Shown piece by piece: positions 14,011 through 26,892 of a DNA stretch of 64,000 bases; the stretch's first letter is position 1; every line of letters starts with the position of its first letter. The notes under the pieces were generated by a model. That model searched no databases. It saw nothing but the letters and a program-made list of their open reading frames with translations, and was not told where the DNA came from. The stretch is from Octopus sinensis. Lineage: Eukaryota. Where the stretch lies: positions 112,406,001-112,470,000 of the forward strand of contig NC_043003.1 in NCBI RefSeq assembly GCF_006345805.1. Direction: 5' to 3'. Position numbers and translations under genes: made by a program.

Positions 14011-14504
14011 ACGTATGCATAACCTTTTCTGTTGCTTATTGCATTGTTATTCAAAGTGAAATCCATGTCCGTTCCTACATGCTATTCTACGTTCTCCTTT
14101 CTAATTCTCTGTAACAACATTAATTATCTGATCAACTTTTCCTCCTCACATATCAATACTAACATTTTGATGTTGTTCTGTTCTTTTCTGTTTGTTTGTT
14201 TTTTATTTCTTTTTTTCGTTTCCTTGTTTCGTTTATTTTAGGTGGCGGGGACATAGTCTTTTTACTTGCATGATTTTTTTTCTCTCCCTATGTTGTGTTT
14301 ACTAAGTGGAAGGAAATTCGATAAATCGATAAATATCTGAGGAAGATTGCAAACGTTTCTTCAATAATCTTCACACATAATTGCCTGCCTTACACAGACA
14401 AAATAACTGATTGGATGGATTTTGTGAACTACCGGTTTCATGCCGATGAGTACCGAGATATTTCGGTATGATTCCAAGACGAAATTTCGAGATTTTATTT
14501 TTGT

Positions 14505-14627
14505 ACACTTACATACATACATACATACATACACGCACACACATACACACATACACACACCACACACACACACACATACATACAACATACATACATACAT
14601 ACACACATACATACATACATACATACA

Positions 14628-14658
<31 letters not shown>

Positions 14659-14706
14659 CATATATATATAATATATATATATATATAATATATATATATA
14701 TTATAT

Positions 14707-14739
<33 letters not shown>

Positions 14740-14770
14740 TGCATGTATGTATTATGTATTATACACACAT
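14505..14770. repeat. (TACA)n/(CA)n/(TA)n compound microsatellite
   Basis: Direct reading. Confidence 0.9.
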
Positions 14771-15117
14771 ATATTGGACCTTTTATCTAAGTGGATCACT
14801 GGATTTACTGAAAGTATTACCTGTTAAGAGAGATTTGAAATTAGTTCAAAATAGACAAATCGAATTGTACGCGTTTATCGTATCCTTATAATTTCTGTTT
14901 AAACTATCTCTTCCTGTGCATCCAAAGATCTTAGATGTTGATATATATTTTTTGCCCCTTACATTAAATTATAACTTAACGCGTATGCGATTTATCTTCG
15001 TTTTTGAACAGTGCATTGTGTGGTGTTCTGAGTCACGTTGGTAAATCTAAATGCATATAATTATCTATATATCAATATATTTATATATATATATATATAT
15101 ACAGAGAGAGAGAAGGG

Positions 15118-15168
15118 TGATAGATAGATGATAGATAGATAGATAGATAGATAGATGATAGATAATAC

Positions 15169-15205
<37 letters not shown>

Positions 15206-15286
15206 GATAGATGATAGATAGATAGATGATATAGATAGATAGATGGATAGATAGATGATAATGGATAGATAGATAGATAGATAGAT

Positions 15287-15325
<39 letters not shown>

Positions 15326-15372
15326 GATAGATAGATAGATAGATAGATGATAGATAGATAGATAGATAGATG
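15118..15372. repeat. (GATA)n array at the 3' side of the Tx1 LINE
   Basis: Direct reading. Confidence 0.95.
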
Positions 15373-15375
15373 ATT

Positions 15376-17780
15376 GTTTCTTTATTAGCCACACAGGGCT
15401 GCACACAGATAGAACAAATTACAGGTAGAGCTTTTCTTTTGAAGGTTTAAAAAAAAAAAATAATAATAATTAATAAAATAAAAATAAAAAAAATAAAAAA
15501 GGGGGGTCGATCAAAAGGGATCGTAAAAGAGAGAAGGAGGACAAAAAAGGGGGGGGGTTAAAAAAAAGGGGGAGAGGAAAAAAATTGATCAATAGGGATC
15601 GTTATCACAGAAATGTCAATATGAAGTGTAAAGGGAGGACAGGTGAGGTTTACCCGTGGAAAGAAAAGCCTACGGAAAAGACCACGGTAACCTCGGTCAA
15701 TGAAGTCACATGTTATATATTTCTTTTTTTTTTTTGCAAATAAGCAACTCTTTGTATTAATTTTTACGGTTCATAGAATCATAGTCAAGGTGGCTTCGTC
15801 ATTCATACGTGCCATCCTTGCTACATTCACCCATCTTTTTTTAAACATTCACTAGACAAAACTTGCCTCTCTACTCTCACTTTTTTCTTCAAGTGATACT
15901 TGAAGAAGTTGATGAGAGATTGACCAGAGAGGAAAGTGTTTGTCTCTAATCCTTTCAGACGCGTCCACCAGATACATTCTTTCGCCATAGCCACAAGTAT
16001 GATAAAAATAGCTCTTCCTTCCCGTTTGAAGGAAGGAGGCGTGACGATATTAACGATAGACTCGGCGGATAAACCGACACGTCCCACACGTGACAGCAGT
16101 CGTTCGACATAAGCCCACAGGTGGGAAATTGCTGGACACTGCACGATTGCGTGCAGAGCGGTTTCGTCGCTCTGCCCGCATCTCGGGCAGGTCGGCCCCG
16201 TGTTTCTCGAGCCATGCCTATAGAGCTTATCCCGAACGGGTAGCGCTTCTCGGTAGCACCGCCAGGCCAGGGATCTCTGGAAGTTGTCCATAGGTCCCGG
16301 GCCGAAAGTCGTTTGAAACAGGCGGGTCAGGTATTCCTCGTCGATGCCCAGGTTGCCCCGAGCTCGTCGTCGTACCTCCCTCCACTAATCCCCTATAGAA
16401 TGCTTTGGTGTGTTGATGTCACTCAAGGTCGACCCAGGACGGCAGAGTTGCTTGAGAGCAACGTGACACTCGCGGTGCCATTCGCCCTTCTTCGGCCTCT
16501 TTTTGATCCACGACTGTAGTTCGGTCATGGAGACGAGTTGCGGGAATGCGTGCCTCACAAACGGCGACCACACCTGTTCACCGTCGTCTACATAGAGCCG
16601 GAGATGTCGCAGTCTCAGCGCGTGTCTGCGCATCATCAACCACGGCATGCCCAGCCCTCCTTTTAACGGGTGTTGACAGCAAATGGATCGCCTGACCATC
16701 GGGACGCATCCTTTCCACAAGAAGCGGAAGAGGATGCGTTCTAGTTTGGTGATGGTAGGGTCGGGACAAGGTACGACGGTCAGGCGGTAGTAGATGATGG
16801 ACGCGATGTACGCGTTCACCACCTCCGCCCGACCTTTTAGGGACAGTTTCCTCTCGGCCCATTGCTGGGCGAGAGTGACCACCCTACTCGTTATCTCGTT
16901 CCAGTTCTTCTCCATTTGGAGGTCCGGACCGAACCAGACCCCGAGCAACTCAACCGGGCCGTCTGTCCAGCGTCCCACGACGGAGGTACTGGTGGACGGC
17001 ATGGGTTTGCTTCTCCAGGTGCCGAGCCGCAAGCCCACTGACTTTTCCCGGTTGATTTTTGCTCCTGTCACCGTTTCGTAGTCTTTCAGTGTCTCGCCGA
17101 CCCGCTCGATGTGCTCGTGGCTTGACACTATGACGGTGACGTCGTCCGCGTATGCAGACACGCTCGTCCCGCATCCTAATTCTCGCGGGATGCCCCTCAG
17201 AGTCGCCAGCTTCCGCAGTAGTGGCTCAAGAGTCAATACGTATAGAAGCGCCGAGAGGGGGCATCCCTGACGGACCGAACGTGCAATGTCGAAGGGTCTC
17301 GATAGATGTCCATTTACGCGCGAATTACCGAACGGATGCCTCTGTACAAGGCAGCTATCCAGCCGCGGAAGACGGGACCGAAACCAGCCGCTCTCAGGAC
17401 TGCCTCCAAGTATCGATGGTCTACCCTATCAAAGGCTTTCGATTGATCCAAGTTGATCAGGGCCCCACCCATGCCAGGTTCGTTAACTACCCTGTCTATG
17501 ATGTAGCGCATCAGATGGAGGTTGTCATGGATGCTCCGGCCCGGCACGGCGCACGTTTGTGCGTTGTCGACCAGTTTCTCCATGACAAGCGCCAACCTCT
17601 TGGCTAACACCTTTGTCAAAATTTTCAGGTCTGCATTGAGCAGAGTGATTGGCCTAAAGTTATCTATAATGTTTCCCTTGTTTGGATCTTTCTTCAGCAG
17701 AGTTACAGCTCCTCGACTCACAAAACCGGGTATGCTCCCGTTTTGCTGCCAGTTGCAGTATACCGCTGCCAAGACGTCTC
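15376..17780 (-). mobile_element. Young 5'-truncated L1/Tx1-clade LINE: RT, CCHC zinc knuckle and 3' UTR
   Basis: FRPITLLNADLKILTKVLAKRL, INLDQSKAFDRVDH, SVRQGCPLS, SAYADDVTV, then CPRCGQSDETALHAIVQCP. GC-rich with only a few frameshifts. 3' UTR ends ..CCCTGTGTGGCTAATAAAGAAAC directly against (TATC)n. Confidence 0.95.
15827..17772 (-). pseudogene. Tx1-like ORF2 (RT to C-terminus) split into ORFs 17314..17772, 16385..17236 and 15827..16291
   Basis: ORF track; motifs are contiguous across the frameshifts. Confidence 0.9.
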
Positions 17781-17783
17781 ATG

Positions 17784-17905
<122 letters not shown>

Positions 17906-17949
17906 CGTACTCACGTAATCAATCAAGCTATCGAATGTTGTTATACACC

Positions 17950-18152
17950 TTTGGTCACAAGGTGTTTGCATTGTTTTAGCTTTCAAATGGTACCCTACTT
18001 CTCTGGCTAGGCAAGCAGGAGTGCATTCCCCCATGTCGGAAGCTAGTCCGACTCAGGATGACTATTTTACAGCTTTGTGGATTGCAGCCACGGGAAATGA
18101 AGTGTTGGGCTGAAGAACACAACGCGCCGCCGGGTCCCGGAATCGAGCCTAC
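17950..18152 (-). mobile_element. Degraded tRNA-derived SINE fragment
   Basis: GAAGAACACAACGCGCCGCCGGGTCCCGGAATCGA resembles the head region at 47300-47335. Confidence 0.5.
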
Positions 18153-18169
18153 CTTGTAGCATCGTCTCT

Positions 18170-18585
18170 GTTTACGTCCACCTAAATTAACGGTTCGAAA
18201 CAAGAGACCAGTAGAATAAATATCAGGCTTTTAAAATGTACTAGGGTGGATTATTTCTGCTAAAAAGCCATCCCAGATGCTGACCCAGTATAATTACAGT
18301 CTAATGACAGAAACAAGTAAAAGATAAAAGATTAACATTTCATTACTTCTATCTATAGATACGAAAGGAGATCGTCGTATATATGTATATGTATATCTAT
18401 GTGTGTGTGTGTATTTGTGTGTCCCCTAACATATCTTTACAACCGGTGCTAGTATGTTTACACCCCGTAACATATTTTTCACCAAAAGTGACCGACAGAT
18501 TAAACGCCAGATAAATTGAATGAAAATTTAATTAAGGCGATGTCCTAGCATGGCTGTAGTCTGAGGACTGAAACAATTAAAAGAT
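18170..18585 (+). mobile_element. Two degraded 3' halves of the CORE-like SINE (tail ..AATGACTGAAACAAGTAAAAGA)
   Basis: Similar to the reverse complement of 52653-53046; tails at ~18300-18330 and ~18550-18585. Confidence 0.6.
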
Positions 18586-18589
18586 TAAT

Positions 18590-18800
18590 GATACAAATTT
18601 CAAATTCTGGGACAAGGCCAGCAATTTCGGACGACTAAGTCGGTAACATCGACACCGGTGCACAACTGGTACCAATTTTATCGACTCCACATGATAAAAG
18701 GCAAAGTCTACCCCGGCAGACTTTGAGCTCAGAGAATAAAGTGGGAAGAAGTGCCTCTTAGCATTTTTCCAGTGTGGTAACAATTCTGCCAGATCACCAC
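18590..18800 (-). mobile_element. tRNA-derived SINE with tail type B (..GCTGGCCTTGTCCCAGAATTTGAAA)
   Basis: Head and body homologous to the 2061 copy; different 3' tail. Confidence 0.7.
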
Positions 18801-19124
18801 AATAAAACAAGGAATATATTAAATTGAAGAATCATCCACTAATTTCAATGTATCCCATAACTTATAAAACCTCAAACTTATAAAACCTCAAACAATCATT
18901 CGACTATTTTAGCTGTAGTATACTGTACGTGTGAGGTGCTGGCTGAGTTGCAGTGAACTTGAACGAGAGGGATAGGATAGAAGATAAGTTACGGAATCTA
19001 AATTTGGACATTTCCAAGCAGTGGGCGGGACTGAAAGATGAAAATATATTATGATGGGCGCTGCATAGTTACGGACGTAAATACATAGATACATACCTAA
19101 CATACGCACGCGCGCGTATATAAT

Positions 19125-19935
19125 AATGTTCGTCCTTCGGTTCGAAGATGACCAACTGACATCATCTGATGGAACTGCCGCCATGAGACCGGAGGTGGCT
19201 GGTGAGGCCAATCCGGGCAAGGAAGCCCCTCCCACAGGTGGGGCAGAAGTGGGTAGGGGCAGTGCTACTGGTGCAGGCGGCTCTGACTTTACGCATCTGA
19301 CGTTTCTGCTCCGCTGACCGAATCCGTCCCTCCTCGGCTGTCCCCTGCCCCACGGTGATTGCGCTGCGCCAGGATGAGCGGTTGGCAGCAAGTGTCTCCC
19401 AGGTCTCTGTTCCGATGGAGAAGTCTTTGAGAGAGACCTTGAGACTATCCTTGTAGCGCTTTTTCTGCCCTCCGACTTTGCGCCTGCCCTGGCCGAGTTC
19501 ACGTAGAAGAGCTGTTTGGGATGCGAGTGTCGGACATGCGGGAGACATGGCCCGCCCATCTCAGCTGGGCCTTGCGCATGATTGTGATGGTGCTAGGGAG
19601 ATCTGCCTGCTTCAGAACTTCCGTGTCTGGGACTTTGTCCTGCCAGCGGATGTGAAGGAGATTCCGAAGACACCTGAGATGGAAGTGGTTTATCTGGCGC
19701 TCGTGCCTTCGGTAAGCAGTCCACGTCTCGCAGCCGTATAGTAGAGTGGTAAGCACGACTGCCCGGTAGACTTTCAGCTTGGTGTTGAGGCTGATTCCTC
19801 TCCGCTCCCAGACTTTCTTTCGCATCTCCCAAACGCGCTGCTTGCCTTGGAGATTCTGTTGATGGTTTCAGCATCTATGTTGGCATTGCAGGAGAGAGTG
19901 CTGCCCAGGTAGGTGAAGTTTTCCACCACTCGTAA
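19125..19935 (-). mobile_element. 5'-truncated RTE-clade (BovB-like) LINE 3' end
   Basis: VVENFTYLGSTLS..RISKASSAFGR..TKLKVYRAVVLTTLLYGCETW..LRWAGHVSRM..GGQKKRYKD..CPTCGRGFLARIGLTSHLRSH (ORFs 19499..19825 and 19162..19548); short 3' UTR. Confidence 0.93.
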
Positions 19936-20524
19936 GATCCGTCCGTATACACGAGCACCAATAAGCATACACATAAGCTATTTTTAAAATGCTGACGAAG
20001 GCAAAGAAATGTGACTATGAGGAATAGGTAGGGGGGTTGGTAAGTTGACAACAGTTATTGACGTAGCATTTCTGCTGTCCATCACAAAGAAATATTTACA
20101 CACACACCCATACATACATACATACATACATACGAAGACATACACAGTCACATATACACACATACACATACAAACATACATATATATGTCTACTATATAA
20201 TGAGATTATATATTTCTATGTACGTGTATATGCGCGTATGTGTGTTTGTATGTATGTATGTGGGCATCTGTGTGTGTGTAGGGGGGTGTATGTGTGTGTG
20301 TGCGCCCGCGCGAGTGTATCTGCATTTTATTGAATTGTCCGGAAAGTTTGTGCCGATTTTTAAAGGAAAGAAAATGGTCAATAAACGTGTAACCTTCTTT
20401 GTCAGATATAGGGGAAACAGTCAAATCATTGATGAAGCTGTTGCTTATCTGATTTATAGTTTTCCCCCTTTTCACAACCATATAAGAACATTTATCATGA
20501 ACAAACTCAAACCCTACATTGTTT

Positions 20525-20940
20525 GAGAATGTTGTAGGTCAAGGCTCTTTTTCAACTCATACATATCATTTGCATAAAGTTTCAAGTCATCTACAAAGGA
20601 ACTGTGTGTAAGTTTCGTATTTTTGGTTCCCTGTGAACCAGTGAGATATCCTTCAGACTTCCTTAACATGAATGACTAGAAGTTTACAGAAAGTATAAAC
20701 AACATCAGAGAGGCTGCCCCCTTGGAATATGCCTTTGCGATTCTGTATTCTACCATTGATAATACAGTCACTCTTTGTGTTTAGTTTGAAGATGGTGGCC
20801 CACGATGAAGTCAGCTGAGCTATGGCTTTGACTATGCTCATTGGAACATTAGCAAGTTAAAGGGCTTCTAGCATTCATGAGTGGGGGACAGAGTCAAAGT
20901 TTTCTTGTAGTCTAGCCACATTGAAACTAGGATCCTCCTA
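20525..20940 (-). mobile_element. R4/NeSL-type LINE RT fragment
   Basis: Minus frames WLDYKK.FDSVPH.W, KGIFQGGSLS and THSSFVDDLKLYA. Confidence 0.85.
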
Positions 20941-20954
20941 TGCTTTCGCAGGTC

Positions 20955-21125
20955 TGATATGTATGTATGTATGTAGGTATGTATGTATGTAGGTAGATAG
21001 GTAGGTAGGTAGGTAAGTAGGTAGGTAGATAGGTAGATAGGTAGGTAGGTAGGTAGGTAGGTAGGTAGGTAGGTAGGTAGGTAGGTAGGTAGGTAGGTAG
21101 GTAGGTTAGTAGGTTGGTTGGTCGG
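20955..21125. repeat. (TATG)n/(TAGG)n microsatellite
   Basis: Direct reading. Confidence 0.9.
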
Positions 21126-21475
21126 TTGTTAGATAGGTATGAATGTATATGTGTATACGACGATCTTCTATCTACCATATTCACCTACAAAGCATTGGTT
21201 TCGTCGAAGCTACAGTAAGAAGCTCTTGCACAGAAATGTATGCGTGTGCGTGTGTGTGTTGGACAAGAATATTCGTGGACCTCCTTATTTCCATCGCCCC
21301 TTATCTGTGAGATGGTTGTGGGACTATAATTCTCATCTGAGAAATATCTTTGGGGGGACCCAGTTACAAGTGAAGAAAATAAGTAGTGGTACGAGTATAA
21401 ATACAGAAACATGTACATACACTCACCGCACACGCATACACAAATTTACAGGTTTACATATATAGACATACACCT

Positions 21476-21664
21476 AGATAGATAGATAGATAGATACATA
21501 CATACATACATACATACATACATACATACATACATACATACATGCATACATACATACATACATACATACATACATACATACATACATACATACATACATA
21601 CATACATACATACATACATACATACATACATACATACATACATACGTACATGGATGGATGGGTG

Positions 21665-21725
<61 letters not shown>
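21476..21725. repeat. (GATA)n-(TACA)n-(GATA)n compound microsatellite
   Basis: Direct reading. Confidence 0.95.
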
Positions 21726-21726
<1 letters not shown>

Positions 21727-23089
21727 GTCAGAATTGAAGCAAAAGCAGATCCTATCCTGGTTCAAGTAAAAGAGCTTTGGATAAATTACCCAACGAATAA
21801 TTTGGAATGAAATTGCTCAAAATAGTGGTGAAATGTCAAAAATGGAAACCGAAGAAAGAAATTCCAGTTACGTTGAATAAAAAGCTGTTTTTACCTGATC
21901 AATAACTCTCAGCCGATAACAATTTAATTTCTCTTCCTGCAGCTTCAGGCAAAATAGTCAGACGTTTCTTGGTGTTACACATAAAACAAAAACGGCCTGG
22001 CTAGAATGTACCGTTGGAACCGAACACACATGCACACACACACACACACACACATACAGACACACATACACACACTTATACTCACACATGCACACATACA
22101 GACACACACACACATACACACGTGCACACACTTATACTCACACATGCACACATAGAGACACATGCACACACATACACACATACACACACTAATACTCACA
22201 CATGCACACATGAGCGGTTATATTTCACCGGCCACTATGTCTGAAAACTCATCAATATTGCCAAATTCAAAAGCAGATTCCATTGATCTCAAAATGTTGG
22301 ATACTTATTTATCAGAAAATACTTAATTCTGCGCAGCAACGTTCGAGAGATAGTGCTCACAGCTGAACGTTTTCGTGGATTCGGTGGAGGGTCTTAGCGA
22401 ACTCAAGATATATAAAAACCTTATAGTTTAAACTTTTTTCTTACTCGTTGAGTGTCCTTAAACTAAAGCAGAAGCCGCTTTAACGAACCATCAAGCACGA
22501 CAAATGTTTTTGTGTCTTGTTACATAATACTACTTACAACAGAAAATTTATAAACCAGATATAATACCTGTATGTTCCTGATTAGTTCTCCAGTGATGTT
22601 CTGTTCCCCAGTTTTGACGAGGCATTCACAGCCGCCGACATTTACATCCGTCAAGCATCTTATCTCTACAACAGTGCATGACGTTAGTTTTTATATTTAT
22701 TAAAATGTTTTAGAAAGAATGGGTTCGTACTTAACAAAACAAAAAATGCATAACTCCAAGGCTGGAATTTGTAAAACAAAGATAATTGTTAGTGTTATGA
22801 CCTCTTGGCCATAACCCGAATTCACAGAATCAACATGAATAGGCTGAATTGAAAACAACCTCACGCCATGAATTTTTTGTAAAACATTTTCAATAATCAG
22901 CATAAAAACAGCTAACATAAACAAATATTTACACAAACAAACAGCAAATGCTACACCATACGTGCAGTCAAATGTTACAAGGGTAACATATATACGCAGT
23001 TCAGAAGTTCGGACTCCATATTCCGGTTTTGGTTTCCCCAAAATTCGCCTCACACAAATTTTCAACAATAGCATTCCAAAAATCTTGGA

Positions 23090-23340
23090 TTTCATAAAAT
23101 CCGAGTTTCCAGTTTTGTAAAAATTCGGTTTTTCGAACCTCGGATTTCGACAGTGGATTGCATAAAATCTGTCTATCAATTCGGGGTTCATCCTTGGGTT
23201 TCGAACGTTGGATGTTGAACCTTGGAATCTATAAACCTTGGAAATCGAAACTCGGAATATAAAAATCTTGGATATCGACTTTGGAATGTAGAAGCCTGGG
23301 ATATCGACCTTCGAATGTAGAAACTTTGGATCCAGATGTG
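23090..23340. repeat. Degenerate ~14/29-bp tandem array (AGAAACCTTGGATATCGACTTTGGAATGT-like)
   Basis: Successive units AAACCTTGGAAATCGAAACTCGGAATAT / AAAATCTTGGATATCGACTTTGGAATGT / AGAAGCCTGGGATATCGACCTTCGAATGT. Confidence 0.6.
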
Positions 23341-23736
23341 ACACAGAATTTATTTTAAATTTGACAAAATTTCTGGCGAATTCCTGGAGCACAAAATAAA
23401 TCCATAAATGCCTAACACAAAGCACATAGTGCATAAACTCAACAGGCAATCGTAGCTTCCAGAATCCAAATGAAAAAAACTGTCGCGCAGAAAAACTGTC
23501 ACAAAAAATGAGTGGGGGAGATTATCTCTATTAATAAAGTTTGCCAAAGTGTAGCAAACTTGTCATGGTTTCAGTTTTGGCTAATAACTATAGCGTACCC
23601 CATTTTAACAATGGACTTCACCCTTACAGTGCAGCATGAGAACTCTTTTCCTCTTTACTTCACATAATAATTTATAATTTCCTAACAGTAGTTATTGAAA
23701 TGTAGGCATATCTTACACATAGTATCACTCACTGAT

Positions 23737-23970
23737 AAGGCGTTGATCTGGCAGAAATGTTAGCACGTCGGGCGAAATGTTTTGCGGTATTTCGTCTGCC
23801 GCTACGTTCTGAGTTCAAATTATGCCGAGGTCGACTTTACCTTTCATCCTTACGGGGTCGATTAAATAACTATCAGCTACACACTGGGGTCGATATAATC
23901 GACTTAATCCGTTTGTCTGTCCTTGTTTGTCCTCTCTGTGTTTAACCCCTTGTGGGTAGTAAAGAAATAG
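23737..23970 (+). mobile_element. tRNA-derived SINE, tail type A, full length with ~15-bp TSD
   Basis: Same family as 2061-2293. TSD GTATCACTCACTGAT (23722-23736) vs GTATCACTCACCGGT (23971-23985). Confidence 0.9.
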
Positions 23971-24859
23971 GTATCACTCACCGGTTGTATTTGTAACCTT
24001 CCTGTTAGCCAGATTCTTTTATTAGTAAACTTTCCAGCTTGTAGATTAGATATTTACTAAGTGCACCAATAATTATTGGTATATACGTGCATTTATCATC
24101 AGAGCTGAGATGCAGTTATTTATAATTGTTCATACATGTTGCGAAGAATGTGGGATATTTTGGTTACAAAATCAGAATAGTTTCAACCCATTATAAAAAT
24201 ATAGTTCACTCGTGCCGTGTCGAGAAACATTGATGCCATCGAGGAAAGTCCAGAATCGTTTGGTTGACATCATCGCTCGATTTGAACCAGCATTTACTGA
24301 TCCTATATTTCGTAGAACTTACTCAGCCTTGCGCTTGCAACTCTTTGATGGCATTGAGTGTAGATCGTCGTTACATACAACGGGTCTTAAGCATTTTAAA
24401 TGTTGATGGAGCCCATCCCTCTCTTAGTCAGAATACAGCTGATTTAAGAAGAAAGCATGTCAGAGAGACAAATAGAAAGAGTGAAAGAAAAAGCAAAATC
24501 GAATCCAGTGCAGGCCTTGTGCCTTATGCATCTCATCTGACAATCTTCCATTTTCTTTTTAAATATATATCTGCCTCTGTGTATTTTTGTTTCTCTTCCG
24601 AAATAATATTTACATAAAACTAACTTTTGTCATTATATATTGTCACGGTCAGTGAGTCATACTAACAACACTTGTCTGGATGACATCCTAAAATAGTTTT
24701 ACTCATTAATAAACTGTAAAACTATTATATGTAACTTTGTGGAAAAAGTAGACGGTCTATAAATATATTAATGTAACAGAAAGTAGTATCTTAAACAAGA
24801 GGATGATGTCAGTTATCTACGTTGATATTCTTGCTATTGTAACACATGTCAGTTAATTT

Positions 24860-25504
24860 AGTAATTCAGACAAGCAACACTACCAGTGCTATCGGAACTG
24901 CTATCACCTCTGACACCACTTCCATCATTTCCACTAAGTTTTGACTTACGTTTAAAGGTCAATGAAGAAGTCGCTTATTCGATATTTGCATTATTTTCCA
25001 ATAAAGTTGTATAAAAAGTAGTAAGCACGTTTTCAACAATAACAAGAGGAAATATAGTCTTCTATCATGAAATTTGAAACTATAAATGAAGATACAATTG
25101 TTTGTGCAGAAGATTTAGAATATCTAGTTTCCATTATAAACATTTAAGATACTAGAGATTTAACTGTCTTTGTAGCATATGTTAGAACATGGTTTGGATC
25201 ATTTACTCCAGAAGAACGACGAATAAGAAATTTGATATTGCTTATACGCGACAATATGAATCAATGGGAACAACGTTACATTGAAATAATGTTGGAAAAT
25301 TGTCAAAAGATTTGATTGATGCCTCTAATAAACACTTACGGTAATTCCCAAATAGATTACTTAGACTTACACGAAATAAGACAACCAATCGGTAGAGTTG
25401 TTAGGGCATCGACTGTATTGATTTGGGGTAATACTTCCAGATTTCTTCACTCTGAGTTCAAGTATTACCAGCATCAAAATTGCGTTTCAACTTTTCGCGA
25501 TTAA
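24860..25504 (+). pseudogene. Unidentified decayed coding relic (possibly TE or viral)
   Basis: Frame from ATG 25067 runs 146 codons with two internal stops and complex composition (MKFETINEDTIVCAEDLEYL..FVAYVRTWFGSFTPEERRIRNLILLIRDNMNQWEQRYIEIMLENCQK); family not recognised. Confidence 0.3.
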
Positions 25505-26419
25505 TAAAGTATCAGTGCTGTCCATGTGTCAATTCTTGAAGGCAGTCGATTAGCAGTGTCGTTAGAGCATAGGATACCTTTTTTTTTGTGGTAATGGTTC
25601 CGGCTCCCAACATTTTGGATTCAAATCCACCCTTGGTCAAAACAGAAACGCATCTATGTATGTATGTAGATATGCATGTAAATATGCATCTGTTTGATAT
25701 ATTCCCAGTATACTTTTCAGAACAATATATTATAAATGCGAAAGCAGTCACCTTAGGCAGGTTTCTGATATGATATACATTCTGTCTCTGATATTTCATC
25801 TGATTACTTTTCACACCCAAATTTAATATATTGTAATGTACTAAATTCATTTATATTTCAATTTCTACTACGACATCGAAGCTGGTGGAAAATAGGTTTC
25901 TTCCGGCTTCAAATATAATATGCGCCTTATTAACTATTGCAATAATTATATTTATATTTGATTCTTAGTTTATTCTAACAAACTCATCACCCTAACGAAT
26001 TTCTATATTTCTTTAGTGATGAAGGTCTAAACACGTGGTAAGCTTAGAGTAAACATTTAACCCTGTGTTTCCTGTTTATTGTGTTTACTATGCGAAGATC
26101 TTTAGGAAATGCATGAATATCACAATCTATTTTATTCTTAGTAAATTGCAATGTAATTTCTAGAGGAAAATATTATTTTAACAGCGAAAAAGAAATTGAA
26201 CTATAAAAAAGCAGGAGTGTACTATCCTAGGAATTTCTTCCTTGAAAAATGTTGGCGTTTACTTACGATGTTATCAAATTCGATTAGCTAAACATATATC
26301 TATTTTCTGTAACGGATTTATGATAGAATGACAATCGAAATGCAGTTTGGCAGTTGAAAGGACTGCATGAATATCTCTCTTTAATATGACCATACGTAGT
26401 GATGTGGTCAGCCTAAGAT

Positions 26420-26892
26420 CTGGTCATCAAATCTAAGTAGAGACTTCAAACTTGAAATCTTCAAAGCCACAGTCGAACCAATTCTACTATATGGCTCAGA
26501 AACCTCGACGTTATCAAAGAAGCTTGAGACGCGGTTGGATGGAACCTACACTCGCCTCCTTATGAGAGCTCAAAATCTCTCGTGGAAGCGTCATCCAACC
26601 AAAATGCAAATATATGGGAAACAACCACCTGTGTCATCTCTTGTGAAAGTTAGGAGAGTCCAGTTTGCTGGACATTGTTGTAGAGCTGAAAACGAAGCAA
26701 TTTCTACTCTTCTCCTCTGGAAGCCATCTACTCGCAATACCAGAGGGCGCACACTCTCCTACCCTGATATAATCTCCAGGGAGACAGGCATCCAGCAACA
26801 GGACCTCCGTAATGCTATGATGGACGGTGGAGTCTGGTGTAGCATGGTAAATTCCATTGTCTCGACCACGGTCGAACAATGATGATGATGAG
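26420..26892 (+). mobile_element. RTE/RTEX-type LINE 3' end with (TGA)n tail
   Basis: LEIFKATVE..LLYGSE..LDGTYTRLLMRAQNLSWKRHPT..RRVQFAGHC (ORF 26535..26882), followed by TGATGATGATGA. Confidence 0.88.

Noticed and set aside
19125-19160. Resemblance of the RTE 3' end (TGGTCATCTTCGAACCGAAGG) to the 47353 SINE tail (TGGTCATTCATGACCGAAGG)
   Set aside because: Only ~20 nt with gaps and different termini; too weak to claim partnership without consensus alignment.
18909-19974. Extra ORFs such as 18909..19559 (216 aa) and 19478..19741
   Set aside because: Alternative frames of the RTE element running into flanking DNA.
23090-23340. Regularly spaced semi-palindromic units resembling a CRISPR array
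   Set aside because: No unique spacers, units are contiguous and degenerate, no cas genes, and the context is eukaryotic.
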